From: Blastocladiella emersonii ATCC 22665
Taxonomy: Eukaryota > Fungi > Blastocladiomycota
Reading direction: 5' to 3'
Length of the DNA: 64,000 nt
Assembly: GCA_025594325.1 (NCBI GenBank)
Contig: JANHCV010000009.1
Coordinates: 558,001 to 622,000, forward strand
The translations under genes were made by a program, and so were the position numbers. The notes beneath the pieces were generated by a model. It was given only the letters and a program-made list of their open reading frames with translations, made no database searches and was not told where the DNA came from. Shown here in pieces: positions 10,607 through 23,772 of this stretch. How positions within the stretch are numbered: the stretch's first letter is position 1; every line of letters begins with the position of its first letter.

Positions 10607-13600
10607 TCACTCGCGACGCCCCGGCGGCGGCATCTTGGCCATCGTCGACGTCGCCATGGCGCACGTGCGCGCGAAATGCCCAACCTGCCCGCACGCCGTG
10701 CACTTGATCGGGCACTCGGCACTCGTGTGCCCGCGCGAAAAGCAGTTGGAGCAACGCACGTTGGGCGCGGCACGCGCCTCGTTCGGCGACTTGGTGCCAC
10801 CGGGCGCGCCGTTGCCGTTGCGCGGCCCGTTGCCGTTGCGCGGGTGAGGAGGACCCGCGCCGAGAGCACGGTGCGCGGTGCGGCCGGGGAACCCGCTACC
10901 AGACGGAGGAGGCGCGGTGGCGAAGGAGCTGCCGATGAGCGCCGGGTGCTGTGAGACCGTCGCCGTCGTCACGGCCGGTTGAGCCGAGGCCACGACGTCG
11001 ACAGGCGCGGGCGCAGCGGCGGCGGAGGGCGCCGTGTACCGCTCGTACAGTCGCGGGGGCTGGTACCCCGCGGCCGCTGTTACCGCTGCCGCGGGTGCGA
11101 ACGCCGCCGCGACGCGGGCGTCGTCCGAGACCCCACGCTGCGGCGCCGCCGCGCTCGCACCATTGCTGCCGCGCCACATCGCGAGCTCGCCCGAGACCCG
11201 CGCGAGCTGGCCGCGGAGCTCGCCGACGGCGCGGTCGGCCGTGTCGCGGTCCTGCTGCCGCAGCTGCGCGAGCCGCGTGTGCTCGGCCATGAGCTGCCGC
11301 AGCGCGCCCTCGGTGCGCGCGTGCGCCGCCTGCATCGCCGCCAGGGCGCCGCGCAGCTGCTCGTTCTCGTGCACGAGCTGCGGGACCACCGCCTGCAGCT
11401 GCGCCGGCGGGAGGTGCAGGAGCGAGTCGGCGACCGAGAAGGGCGCGGGGGTTGCGGTTGAAGTTGGCGAGGCAGGGCCGAAGATGCTGCCGGTGCCGGT
11501 CGCGAGGGTGGACGCGGTGGTGGGCGGGGCAACGGTTGTGGCAGCGACGGCAGCGAGCGGCGCCGGCGCGGCGAACCCTAGCGGCGTCGATGCCGCGACC
11601 GACGACGCAGACGACGGCCAGGCGCCGCTGCGCGCGGGGCCCGCGACGGACGTGTACGGCCCGCCGACAATCTCGTCCTCGTGCGGGTTGCGCGGGTCGT
11701 GGACCGCCGTAGGCGAGGTGGTCGTGGTGGTCTCGACAGCGACGGGCGCGGCGACGGGCGCAAGGGCGGCGGCGGGAACTGGGCTCGGCTCGCGGCGGCG
11801 GTTGAGCGACGTCGAGTCCTCGAACGGCGTCGGCAGGATCTCGTCGTCGTCGCTCCACTCGCTGCGGTGGCCCTCGCTCTCGTCCTCCCAGTCGGACGTG
11901 GTCTCGTCGCCGTCCGTCTCAGCGGTAGCGACGGCGTCGGAGGAAACGGGCGGAGCCACGCGAGACGCCGCCGGCCCGGGCGGCGCGGGCTTGGTCATGA
12001 CCGCGGGAGCCGCGCGAGCCACCGACGCGGGCGACGCGGGCTTGGCCGGGACCGCCGCGGGCGGCGCGCGAGGAGCGGGGCTGGCGCGGCGCTCGACGGG
12101 CGTCGGTGCGCGCGGACCGACTGCGGGAACGAGCGGGCGGACCGCCGGTGCGGCAACTGCGGCAGCCGCGGGAGCGCGCGCAGCGGGTGCCTTCTTCGAG
12201 GGCGCTGCCGCGGCGGTCGTGGCCGCGAGCGTCTCGGGCGCGGGGGTGGGGACGAGCGGGACCATCGACACGGGCCACGCGGGGAGCGGCGACGGGGTCT
12301 TGGCCGCCGCGGCAGCGGGCTTGGGCTTCGGTGCAGCGGGCGCCGGCGCGGGCTTCGGCGGCTCGGGAACCGAGTGGGCCGCGGCCATGCGGGACCACGA
12401 CCCGGCCGCGGGCGCGGGCGCGGGGGCGGGGACGACGGGCTTGGGGCCCGCGGGCACGGGTTTCGGGGCCGGAGCCGCAACCGTTACCTTGGGAGCAGCG
12501 GAAGCGGTAGCCTTAGGCTTCGGGCTCGGCGACGGCGCGGGAACGGGCGACGCGGGTGCCGAGGCCGTGGGCGGGGTGGGTGAGCGCGCGCCCGCGAGGC
12601 TCGGGTTGGACGCGGTGCGCTTGACGACGGGCGCGGTCATGGCGGCGAGCACGTCCTTGGGGATCACGCGCTCGACGCCGTCGATGCTGACCGAGTTGTG
12701 GCCGTCGGCGGCGGCCGCGGCGGGGGTCGACGGACGCGAGGCGGAGGGCGACTTGGCGGGAGCGGCGGCGGGCTTCTTGGCATCGGGCTGCTTCTTCTGC
12801 TTCTTGGCGGCCGCCGCAACCGGAGTCGGAGTGACGGGCTCGGGCGCGCCGACCTGCGACGACGGTCCGGGCATCGAAGCAGCGGGCGACGCGGGGCCCG
12901 AGGTGACAACGGCGGGCTTGACGGGCGTCGACGCGGTCGTCGGGCTCGACGGCGCGCTCGGCGCGGGGCTCGCGGTGGTGCTACCCGTGCGCTTGACGGT
13001 CGCCGAGCGCGACGTGAGGACGACGGGGCCGGGCGGTTTCGACGCGCCGGCGGGCAAGACGACGGGGGTCATCTTGGCGGCCTTGGCCGCGGGCGCCGTG
13101 TTGCCGAGCGGCGGGGTGGGGATCGGCGCGATGGCGGGCGACTGCGCGGCGGAGGCACCGGCCGTCTTGCCCTTCCCCTTGGCCTTCTTGCCGGGCGAGG
13201 CGGCGCCGAACAGCTCGGCCTCCTTGGCCTTGGTCCACTCGCCGGCGGCGATGCGGGCCATGTCGTCGAGCAGGACGTTGCGGAGGCTGAGGTCGAGCGT
13301 GCGCATGCCGGCCTCGAGCCCGTCCTCGTACAGGTCCATGACGGACTCGCAGCGCGGGCCGAGCGCGTCGAACTCGGCCTCCATGGCCTCGTTGACGAGC
13401 TTGAGCGCCGCGGCCTCGCGCACCTCGCACTCGTGCAGGAAGCACGACACGACCATGAGCGTCAGGGTGAGCGCGGTGCGGTCGTCGCCGGTCGCGGTGC
13501 GCAGGTGGGCGATGCCCGCGGCGAAGTGCGCGGCGGCCGCGTTCTCGAGGCGGCGGAACGCCTTGCGCGACTCGGCGTTGCCCGCGCGGTCGAGCCGGTG

Positions 13601-15151
13601 GCCGACGTTGGTCGAGTTGGCGGGGACCACGGCCCACGCGGCGCGCAGCGCGTCCACGTCGTCGACGACCGCCTGGTGCTTGGTGTGCGCGTGCGACACG
13701 AGCGTCTTGAGCGACGCCACGGCCGACTGCGCAAACGCCTTGGCCTCGGCGGCGATCTCGGCGCCCATGCGCGACGCGAGCTCTTCCTGCGGCGCGAGCG
13801 CCGCGATCGCCTTGTTGGCCACGTCGACGAGGTCGTAAGCGATATCGAGCAGCTTCTGCCCCGCCTCCGGGATCACCTCGAGGCTCTGCACGCGGTGGAA
13901 CTCGACAAAGTCGTCGAGGAACGCCGTGTACCGGTCGTCAATGGACGCGAGCGCGGCGGGGTCAGTGTGCTTGCGGCGGCTCTTGAACTGGTTGGTGATG
14001 TTGGCCCAGTAGTCGGCGAACTTGGTGCGGGCGTCGGCGGCGGCAGCGAGCTTGGCCTCGGTCTCGGCGAGCACGGCGGCGCGGCGGGTCTCGATGGCGA
14101 GCATGTCGGCGACGACGGCGCGCAGCGGGGCCCACGCCTTGTCGGAGGCGGCGGCGAGCGCAGCCTTGTAGCGGGCCTGGAGGTTGGTCGAGTCGGTCTC
14201 GACGATCTCGCGCTCGCGCTCGACCTCGGCGGGGCGCAGCAGCTCCTCGGGGTCGATGATCTGGATCTCCTCGTCGCGGTGCAGCAGGCGCATGAGGCGG
14301 GCCGACTCGGCGGCGAACTGCGACTTTTTCGCGTCGTAGTTGACAATGTGGAACACGGTCTCGGCGGGCTCGGCGTGGTCGTGCTCGCCGTCCTCGTCGT
14401 CGCAGTGGTCTGAGCACGTGCACTCGACGGCCATGCGCTCGGGCAGCTCGTCCTCGGAGCACGGCTGCAGCGTCTTGTACACCTCGGCGAAGATCGGCGA
14501 GAAGCTGAGCGGCTCGACCTCGAAGATCTCGGCCAGGCCCGTCGGCGACTTGAGGTAGTCGGTGACAAAGGCCGAGAGCAGCGTCATGGGGCTCGCTGCG
14601 GGAGCGGACGCGTCGGAGAACCGCTTGCCGGGCTGCGACTGCGGCTGCGACTGCTTCTTGCCGCCCTTGGCCGAGCCCTTGCCCTTTGCGGAGGATGTCG
14701 ATGACGACGACGACTCGCCGGATTCGCGGGACCGCGCGTCGGCCGCAGCCGCAGCGGCAGCCGAGGCAGCCTCGCGCGCCGAGTTGAGCGCGGCGAGAAT
14801 GCGCTCCTCCCACATCAGGATCACGTCGGGCGGCGGGACCTTGCGTGGCTCAGGGACCTACGCGCGCATGAAAAGGAAGTGTGAGACACGAGTTTGCGTG
14901 ATGGCTAAGTGATCCCGCGCACGACGGCAACGTACAGTGGGATCTATTGAGTCGAACGAAATGACGCTCGCGCTCGAAGCGGTACCCGTCGGGTAGAGGG
15001 CCTTGAAGATGACCTGGGCCCAGTCGGCGTAGATCGGGGTGGTGGTGCGCAGCTCCTTGACGACGGCGTCGCGCGCGACGCGCAGCGCCGGGTACTGGTC
15101 GGCGTACGGCGCAAACGACGCGAGGATCGCCTGCGGGCTGTCGCTGGCCAT
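10607..15151 (-). CDS. Large protein (~1488 aa): helical N-terminus, Pro/Ala-rich middle, coiled coil, two C-terminal CCHC zinc knuckles; intron 14858-14935
   Basis: 1405-aa ORF plus a 72-codon exon 1 joined by a phase-0 gtacgt...tag intron. C-terminal CSNCFSRGHTSAEC and CTACGQVGHFARTC. Confidence 0.75.
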
Positions 15152-15643
15152 GGTGCCGAATTCGGGTTGGTGGTTGGGTACGGTTGTCGGGCGGGCAGTC
15201 GGGGTGCGAGTCGGGTCGGGCGGCCGCTCAGGGCGAGTTCATGCAAGTGCGGTTACGTTGCAGCGAGTCGCGGGCGTCGTCGTCGGCACGGATGTGATCA
15301 ACGCGTAGGGATCTAGGGGTCGCGCACCGACGTGTTTGAACGGATGCCGACGCGTCACCAGCGCGCACGTGACCCGCTGCTGGGGCGATTTCCGCTTTCC
15401 CTTCGCTCGCTTCCCCGACGCACTCCTCCGTTCCCCTGCCTTCACGCTCGCTCGTCCGCGATCATGGTGGTCGACATGGCACAGTCTGCACCTGGAGCGC
15501 GGCCTTCCCTCAGGGCAACCACGGCCGCCGCGCGACCTCGTGGTCGTGGCCGCGGACGCCGCGATCCCTCGCTGCGCCGCGCTCGTCCGCTGCGCGCTGC
15601 GGCGGCACCGTGTCTCTCGCGCCGATCGTGGCAGGTGCGAGTC

Positions 15644-16834
15644 GTGTACACCACCGCAATCGCAACTCACAATTGCACACAAAGATTTGAGTGAACGTAG
15701 CCACAATCACAATTGTCGGCCGGAATTGTGGGGTGAGGGGCGAAGGGCCTAGCAACCGATCACGTGAGACGCATCTTGACCTCGTCGCCCAGCTGCCGCG
15801 GCACTGCCGCTCACCCGAGTTGAGCGCACGCTCGTCGTGGAACCCCGACAACCAACGCCGCTAACTGTCGACTTCGGGCTGCCGCCGCGGCGATGCCCGC
15901 TCGTCCACGCTCGCCATTGGTGCCCGTCGAGCGCACCATCGACGCTCGTCCTCTTCACCATCGCCGCGTGCAGAACACAGCGCCAATGCGCTCCCCGCCG
16001 ACGGGCCTCGCCGTCGTTCTCGGAGCACGGTGGCCGGCAATGCTTTGCGCACGGTGAGTAAGCGCGGCGGCCGGCCCTTGCGCGCCCGCCGGCAGCCTCG
16101 CCGTCTCGTTGCGACGCTGGCGCCCCCGCCAGTCGCGACCGCGGCTATATCGCTGATTGAGGACGAGATGTGCGGCATTGAGACCGACAGCGACACCGAG
16201 ATGGAGGACGCGGGCGAGGACACGGGCAACGACATTGGGGAGGTCGGGCCGTCCAAGGCCAACGTGTACCACCAGCTCGCCGACTTCGGCCTCGTCTCGG
16301 GCAACACGGTCAAGGACGACTTCTCGACCCTGTCGGACGCCGAGCAGGCGCAGATCATCGAGGCGGGCTCTAAGCCCATCGCCCTCCTGGTACTCGAGGC
16401 GCCCATCGTCAGCCTCGCGCACCCGGCCCTCGCAAACCGCGTCATCACCAACATCTCCTCGATCGCTTCGACGTCGGTCAACCACGGCCTTCGATCTGGC
16501 CGCCCTCCCCATCTCGCTTGACGAGATGCCTCATCCTGACACCTTCATGGCGGCCAGTTGCGAGGACCAGATGGAGCTTGACATCGATGAGCTCGCCGAT
16601 ATTGTTAACGTGTGATGAATGAGTACACACCTTCTTTTCTGTGGCATCCCTCCGTCAGTCTCTCGTGTGCCGATTCTGCCTGTCACTCGCGTCAAGTCGT
16701 CCTTAAGCACTCACATGACTGCACGTGAGCGCGTTCCTCGCGTCGCCTCCAGGTTTTCCACAAACCGCAATCACAATCGCATGTCGAATTGTGGGTCCGC
16801 ATTCACAATTTTCGGGAATTGTGGTGGTGTACAC
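15644..16834. mobile_element. Candidate non-autonomous TIR element (1191 bp)
   Basis: 17-bp inverted repeats with 16/17 match (gtgtacaccaccgcaat 15644-15660; attgtggtggtgtacac 16818-16834). Clustered subterminal CACAAT/ATTGTG motifs at both ends. Flanking 12-mers are 10/12 identical direct repeats. Confidence 0.45.
16168..16615 (+). pseudogene. Small acidic protein-like ORF with an apparent frameshift near 16475-16480
   Basis: Coding-like codon usage in ORF 16030-16521 continues in the +1 frame (TTAFDLAALPISLDEMPHPDTF...IVNV*). The start is uncertain. Confidence 0.4.
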
Positions 16835-17194
16835 TAGGTGCGAGACATCCTGCATCTCGCTGCATGAAATGATCGCCCGGTGAGAGACGGGTGCGGCGCT
16901 GGTTGGTGCCGCGGTCACGACGCCGTCGCGCCCGGATTGGCCTTTGAAACGGCGCCTGCAAGAACACTCGCTTAGCCACCCAACGTCACACACCGCAGGG
17001 CGCTCGAGCGATAGCAACGCCATGGCCACGTTCCACGTTCCCGGCGCCATCGCCGCGCCGCTGGCCATCGCCCCACGGCGGCCCTTAAATACGCCATCGA
17101 GCTCGGTTCTCGGCTCTCGCTCTCTTGACGAAGCGCGCCATCATCAGCTAGACCGTGCTAGATAGACCGACCGATCCGATCCACCACCACCACG

Positions 17195-18904
17195 ATGCGC
17201 ACCTCGTCCGCCTCTGCCCTCGCCCTCGCGGCGATCGCCGCCGCCCTTGTCGACTCGGCGTCGGCCCACTTCACGCTGCAGTCGCCCGTCGCCTCGCGCG
17301 AGAAGCAGGAGTGGCCCATCGACAACCGCCGGTTCTGGCCGACGAGCGCGCCCGGCGGCTCGCTCCGCCCCGTCGCCGACTGCCTCGCCCTGCCCCGCCG
17401 CCAGGTCGCCGCGCTGCGCGGTGGCGCGCCGGCCACGTTCGGGTTCGGTACGATCGCTTCCTTCACAACTGCCCTCATCGCCAGCAGCGCAGTCGCGATG
17501 GCGAGCGCGATCCCTGAGGAGGACGCTGTGGCGACACGGCGATGGCGGCTGCGCCACCGTTTGGCGCACCTTCCCGGCACGGGAAATGAAACCACCGCAC
17601 ACTTGCCCTGCTCTGGCCCACGCGCGCGCGAACGCCCATGCTGACCATCGTCATCGTCGTCTCCGTTCGTAGAGATCGCCGCCGGCGCGTCGCACGTCGG
17701 CATGTGCACGGCCCAGCTCGTCAACATCGACACGGGCGCCGTGACGCCGCTGCCCAGCCAGCTCAACTGCGTCTCGCGCGGCCAGGCCTACACGGCCCCC
17801 ATGCCCAACGTCAACTGCCGCAACTGCGTGGTAAAGGTCAGCGTCGTCGCCGTGCACCTCGGTCCCGAGGTGCCCGAGTACTACGGTACGGCTGTTCGCG
17901 TCGCCGATTCCCCCCAAACTTGAATCTGACGTGCTCCTCCTCTGCATCCAGACTCGTGTGTCGACGTCAGCATCACGGCTGCCGGTGGTCGCGGTGACGA
18001 CGGCGATCCGCCTGTACCCGTGCCTGAGCCGACGACGACTACCACCTCGACTCGCACGCGCTCCACGACGGTCGCTCCCGTCCCGACCACGCCCACCGTT
18101 GCGCCTGTCCCCGAGCCTACCTCGTCCTCGACCACGGCCGCTCGCACCACCGCCTCGTCGTCGTCCTCGACGAGCACGCGCGGCCGCCGCACCACCACCA
18201 CGACCGAGGAGCCCGCTCCGACTGCGACGACGACCGACGACGATGAGCCCGCTCCCATCACCACCACCTCGTCCTCGTCGACGACCACGTCTGCTCGCAC
18301 GACCACCACCACCACCACCACCACCACCACCACCACCTCGACCACCGAGACACCCATCGTCACCCGTCCCCCTCGCCGCTCGTCGACCACTACCTCCTCC
18401 ACCACCACCACTACCTCCGAGACCCCCGCCCCGACCTCGTCGTCGTCCGCTGCCACGACCACCACGTCGGAGCCCGCTCCCGAGGTCCCGATCCCTACCG
18501 TGACGGCTCGCCCGACCCCGCACCGTCCCCGCGTCGAGGAGCCCATCACCACCACCACCTCGACCTCGACCTCCACCGCCACCCCTACCCCCACCACGAC
18601 CTCGACCTCGACGCGCGCCCGCGTCACGTCGACCGTCGCTCCCTCGCCGTCGCCCGTTCCGGCGCCGGCTCCCGCCCCGGTGATCGTCCCTGCCCCCGAG
18701 CCCGTCCCCGCGCCCGCCCCGATCACGGACGCCAAGGTCGAGATCATCGACGGCCCGTGCGACGCCGGTGCCATGCGCTGCTCGCCCGACGGCCGCCTCA
18801 TCAAGTACTGCATGGGCAACAAGTGGTACGGCGAGCGCGTTGCTGACAACCACAAGTGCACGGTCCCCGAGGGCAAGTCGTACCCGATCGTCGTCAAGGC
18901 GTAA
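17195..18904 (+). CDS. Secreted LPMO-like (AA11-like) copper protein with Thr/Pro linker and C-terminal 4-Cys module, 472 aa; introns 17448-17672, 17886-17951
   Basis: A 24-aa signal peptide is followed by His1 (HFTLQSPVASR), a second His in GASHVGMC, and an EYYDSCVDV motif. The linker is mucin-like, and the C-terminus reads GPCDAGAMRC...YCMGNKW...KC. Spliced length is 1419 nt, in frame. Confidence 0.75.
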
Positions 18905-21662
18905 GTGGATCGCTTCGTCCCGTGCCGCCGATGCCGACACTGCGCCGCGCTGCGCTGCGTACTCGCGCGCGCTGCACCCCATTGTCACCGGCACTCCCGT
19001 CAAGGCCAAGCGCGGCATGTCGCCGGCTGGTCTTGAGGTCCCCGTCTCGCGGTTTGAGCGGGGCCATTTGCGCACTCTGACTCATGCGATCTGTTTTGAG
19101 ATCGAGTCTGCATCAGCGCTGGGAGTCTTCCTTGTTGTTCACCCGTTAAATACATATCAGTGTCACTTGCAGTACTTCTCGTGTATTGAATTGGGCGCGG
19201 TTGATCGCGTCGTTCATCGTCGCATGACCACCGCGTCACTCGGCTCGTAATGATCCGCGTTGTAAATAGCTAGCCAGCAACCGCACTCGGGCTCTGATGA
19301 GCGATGCGAGGCCCGCTCCACTCATGGCAACGAACAGCGTTCACGGAACATGAGCGAGCGGTCGACCCGCCTGCCGATCTCTGGGTCGCCCTCGCCGCCG
19401 ACGTGAACGAGTCGGCTTTGGCCGCGGCCATCGCGGCGCGGATCAAGGCCGTGACCGACATTACCGTGAACGGCACCATCTCGCGCGAGATGCTGCGCTC
19501 GGGCGTCGGCAGCCCCGCCCGCGCCGGCTCTCACACGAACCCGCGTGTGATCGCGTAAACGGTGGGTGCGGGCGAGACGACGGACCCCCGCGCACACCCG
19601 TCTCGCTCTCCGTGGTCAACGAGGCCGAGTTTTACCTGAACAGCGGGTCCTTGCAGTTCGACCAGCACGCGTCAAGTCGTCCAGCGGTCGCCGAGGTGCA
19701 GCTCGAGTCGCCGGCTGAAGAGTCTCGTGGACGTGACGCTCACGCGCTGCGTGTCGCGGATGTGGGCGGCTTATTCAATCAGCTCAAGTTTGAGTGGATC
19801 TTTTTGGCCAACGGGTTGGAATTTGTTTCGTGGCCCCTTACGTTTTGCCGATTGTGCTCCCGACTGTGCTCAGACGGCAACCCGGCTTCGCCTGCGCGGT
19901 CAGTCGCTCGGTGCAAGACGCGTCCCGAAATAACGTGACCGTGGAGACGCGTCTTTTTCTCCGCCTCTCAAGCCCGCTTGTGAGGCAAGCTGTCAGCGAC
20001 CTCCCCCTCCGACTCCCTGCAAACGAGCTTGACTCGGAAAAGCAACTCGGCGATGTGCCTTCATTGCGGTGCGAGAACCAAGGCATTGCGGCGCGCGACG
20101 TTCATGAGCATTGCGGTCCTCGGCCGTGCGCGCGCCGCAATCGCTGGCGACCGATCACTTTCCTATTCGGGGCCAGATTTGCGTGCGTACGGCCCGCCAG
20201 GTCGGATGCGGGCACGTTGAAGCGAAGTTGGCCGACATTCTGGCCGACATTCGCGTGGGACGAAGGTGTTGATACGACGCGGGGGGTTTACGAAGCCGCA
20301 GTCGACTTCGAAAACGATGACCTCGACGCTCTCTCACTCTCAAGATGTCCGCTTCCTCCAGAGGAACCCCGATTTGGGCGTGGGACCGCCGATCAGACTC
20401 TCGGTCGGTGCACGGGCCGTAGAACCGGGGTTCGGCATGAAGGGTTTCTCGATGAAGTTTAGGTGGTTTCTCTTGCCTACGTCCTGGGAACGCGGCAGAA
20501 GCTACCGCCGCTGGTCTCCACTCGTCGGTACTCGCGGCGCAACGCGTTGTCCACCACACCCAACTCGTGAGTGCCCCGAACGTGTGGAACGACAGGGTAA
20601 TATGTAACGCGGCTACCTCGCTCGAGTCCTCTCGGGGCTCGAGCAACAGCACCGCCGGCCGGCCGCCTCCCGTACTCCCGCATTCCGGACACGCGGCGAT
20701 GTGGCGCAACGCGACCTTCGTTGCCGACACGCGGTGTGATTTCTGTCGCGGAACAGCTTCTCGCGCGGACAGAACAACGTCAACTGATCCATCATCTATT
20801 CCGTAGCGGCGAGAACACACGCCCACATCGGTGAACCCGAACAACGTCGCCGCCGCAAAGCACTTTGACGGCACCTGTCGCGTCCCCGCGGCTGATCCGC
20901 AACCAGGCGACTCATCGGGGACAAAACCTGCCGCAACATACGCGCGCTGACTCGAGATGTGTGCGTCGGGGGATGTCCTTGTCCATGTGGAGCAAGGTCG
21001 CCTTGTCTTTGAGTCGGCGACCGCAATGAACGTCGCGTCGCCGCGCCGCAATGTATGCTGGCCCTTGACCGCAATCAACGCTGCTGCTCGCCCTCATCAA
21101 CCCCCGTCAAGGCTTGTGATTACCGCTGGCAGGAGTCGCGTGCACGATCTGCAGTTGCGTGTGCAGACGGCCATAGCGGTCGAGCGCCGCGCGGCCGCGG
21201 CGCGAGGGGAGTGCGTCCTTGAGCAGGGATCTCGTCCTGGATCTCGTCCACGTCGAGATCGAAGAGAGCCGTAAGAGAGGTCATTCTGTATCCGTAATTC
21301 TAGATCGGCAAAGGTCGCGTCCATGAGAGGGCCGACCATCGAAGTCGAGCGCGTGCGGGGGCGGAAGCGATGCGATCGCGGGCCGGGTCGCTGCGACGCC
21401 ACGGTGCCTGCGCCACTTCGCGTGCGCCGACCGCCGCCGCCCACCAAGGCGCACTCGCTGCCCTGCCCCTGACCCAGCCTGCCCTGCCTGTGCCGCAATC
21501 GCCGCGGTCCACGCACGCCTTGTTTGCGGCACGATCGCCCTCTCTCTCCCCCATAAATCTACGCTCTCCCCTCGCCCACCGACGCCAGATCACCAGTTCT
21601 TCCTTTGCCCACTCGCTCCGTCGCACAGCCACTCGGCCCTCCATCGCCGCGCCACCATCTCC

Positions 21663-23772
21663 ATGCCGCGCTCCTCGCCATCACTCTCCTCATCCAACTC
21701 ATCGGGCACGGGCACCGTCACGCGCTCTCGCTCTCGCCGCAACGGCACCAGCAGCTCCGGCCGCGCTCGCCGTCCCGCCTCGGCGCAGCTGCAGCACGAG
21801 GTCCAGGAGCTCGAGGGCCTTGCCAGCTCGCCGCCACCGTCGTCCCGCTCGCCTCGCGCCACGCCTTCCCCGTCCCCGGACGACGGTGCCGCGGCCGTGC
21901 GCTCGCCGCTGGCCCCGACGAGCTTCCCGCCGGGCACATTCACGAACGAGTTCTTACCGGCGAACCTGCCGGCCGAGGTGCGCGCGCGGTGCGACGCCTT
22001 CGTCGCGAACCCGGTCGTGCAGCGTGTCGACGACGGCAACGGCACATCGGGCTGCCTGTGTCCCGTCTGCGGCCAGCTGTTCCGCGACAACTGGATCCCG
22101 CGCCGTGTCGGCGGTGGCCTGTACGTTGTGATCCTCCTCATCTCGCACCCCTTCGGAACGTTCATCGCCAAGCGTTGCTTGAGGGCAGCCGGTCGCGATG
22201 CAAGGACCGTGTCGGCGGTGGCCGACCCACCGGTTTGACCGCTCGCCGCGCTCCTTGTTCTCGACCGAGCCGCTCGTTTCACGCATCCGCCTTCGTCGCG
22301 ATCCCCTCCACTCCTCTTCTCCGACTCGAGTGCGACCGTCCGACGCATGTCACTCACACTCGCCGTCGCCCGCGTCCTTCAGACGCCGCCAGGTCCGCAC
22401 CGAGTCGCTCAAGGAGCACCTCGGCATGCGCCACAACCTGCTCCGCAAGATCGTGTGCCCCGTCAAGGCCGTGACGCGCTGCGCGTGCCGCGGCTACATC
22501 AAAGGGTACGCTCCACCTCATTCTCGGGTCGCTGGTCGCGCGCGGATGGCCCAGGTCGTTGCCGTACCGCCGCCCGCTGCATCTGGCGTGCATGCATCGT
22601 TACCCTGAACATGACTGACACGAGCGCCGTGGCTCCTCGCTCTCCCGCTCCTCTCCACCTTTAGCCATCGCCTCATCAACCACCTCAGCGAGAACTGCCG
22701 GTGCCTCGCGGCCGCCGCCGTGCGGCTGACCGAGAACAACGTCGTCTCGGCCATCGAGTGGGGGCTCGGGTCCGACTGGCTCGCCGTCGCCGCCGCCGAC
22801 CCGCCGACTACGTCGCTCCCCGCGCTCCTCTGGAGCCGCATCGTGCGCGTGTGGAAGCTGCCGTCGCTCGTCGCCCTCACGCCCGAGTTCATCGAGGCCA
22901 AACTCGGCTCGTTCCTCGACGAGATGGGCATCGGCGGACCTGTGGCCGCGACGCCCGCGAACTTGGACACGCCCGTCGCCGTCGCGGCGCCCGCGGCGGA
23001 ACCCGCCCTCGCCGTGCCGCAGCCCGAACCTACGCTCCTGTCGCCCGAGCCGTGGGTCGACGCGTTGCACGCGGCCATGGCCATGGTCGCCGCAGCCGAC
23101 GCGCAGGCCGCTGTTGCTGCATTTAACGGGCACGTCGCGACGCCGGAAGTCGCTGTTCACGCGCCACTCGGCGGCCACTTCAACCACTCGCCGTCGCCGC
23201 TGCACGTCGAGTACGCGTCGTCGCTCGACTCGCCCATGGCCGCCATGCTGCCGTTCGGCCACGCGTCGAGTCCGCTCACCTCGTCGCCCATGGTCACACT
23301 TTCGCACAATTCGGTGGCGGTGGAGCTGTGGCCCCTCACCCCCGAGTCCATGGCGTCGTGGAACGCGTTCGCCGATGCGAGGACGTCATGGCCCGCGTCG
23401 GTACCCGCGGCCGTCTCGACCGCCTCATCCTTTTCGACACTCCCTGCATTTCCGTTCTCGCCAGCGTCGCACGTCGACCAACAGCTGTCGAGTTCCTGGC
23501 CGTCGACGTCCGTGCTGCAGTTTGACCCCTCGCCGTTCCACTCGGCGCCGCTGATCTCGAACATGCTCGCAACGCCTACCACGTCGACGCTCGGCATGGA
23601 CGCAGCCACGTCGCTCCCCGCCGACCTGAGCGAGATCTACGCCGAGCTGATGCAGGACATTGACGCGTCGTTCATCCTGGGCGCATCGGATCGAACAACA
23701 TCATCAACAAGTGCAACTGGCGTGACGTCGCCGCTCCAAGACGGCGCGATATTCCCCTTTGATCAACTGTGA
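21663..23772 (+). CDS. Atypical zinc-finger (C2H2/C2HC-like) putative transcription factor, 562 aa; introns 22121-22382, 22506-22664
   Basis: CPVC...HLGMRH and CPVKAVTRC...HLSENC, followed by a long Ser/Pro/acidic C-terminus. Spliced length is 1689 nt, in frame. Confidence 0.65.

Noticed and set aside
10607-10760. CCHC knuckles as retrotransposon gag
   Set aside because: They sit at the C-terminus of a spliced 1.5k-aa single gene, with no pol domains or LTRs.
11034-14413. Long plus-strand ORFs (934 aa, 571 aa) and similar antisense or alternate-frame ORFs across the window (e.g. 28540-29961, 35025-36812, 60085-61956)
   Set aside because: They are GC-rich shadow ORFs opposite genes with clear domain evidence and have no motifs of their own.
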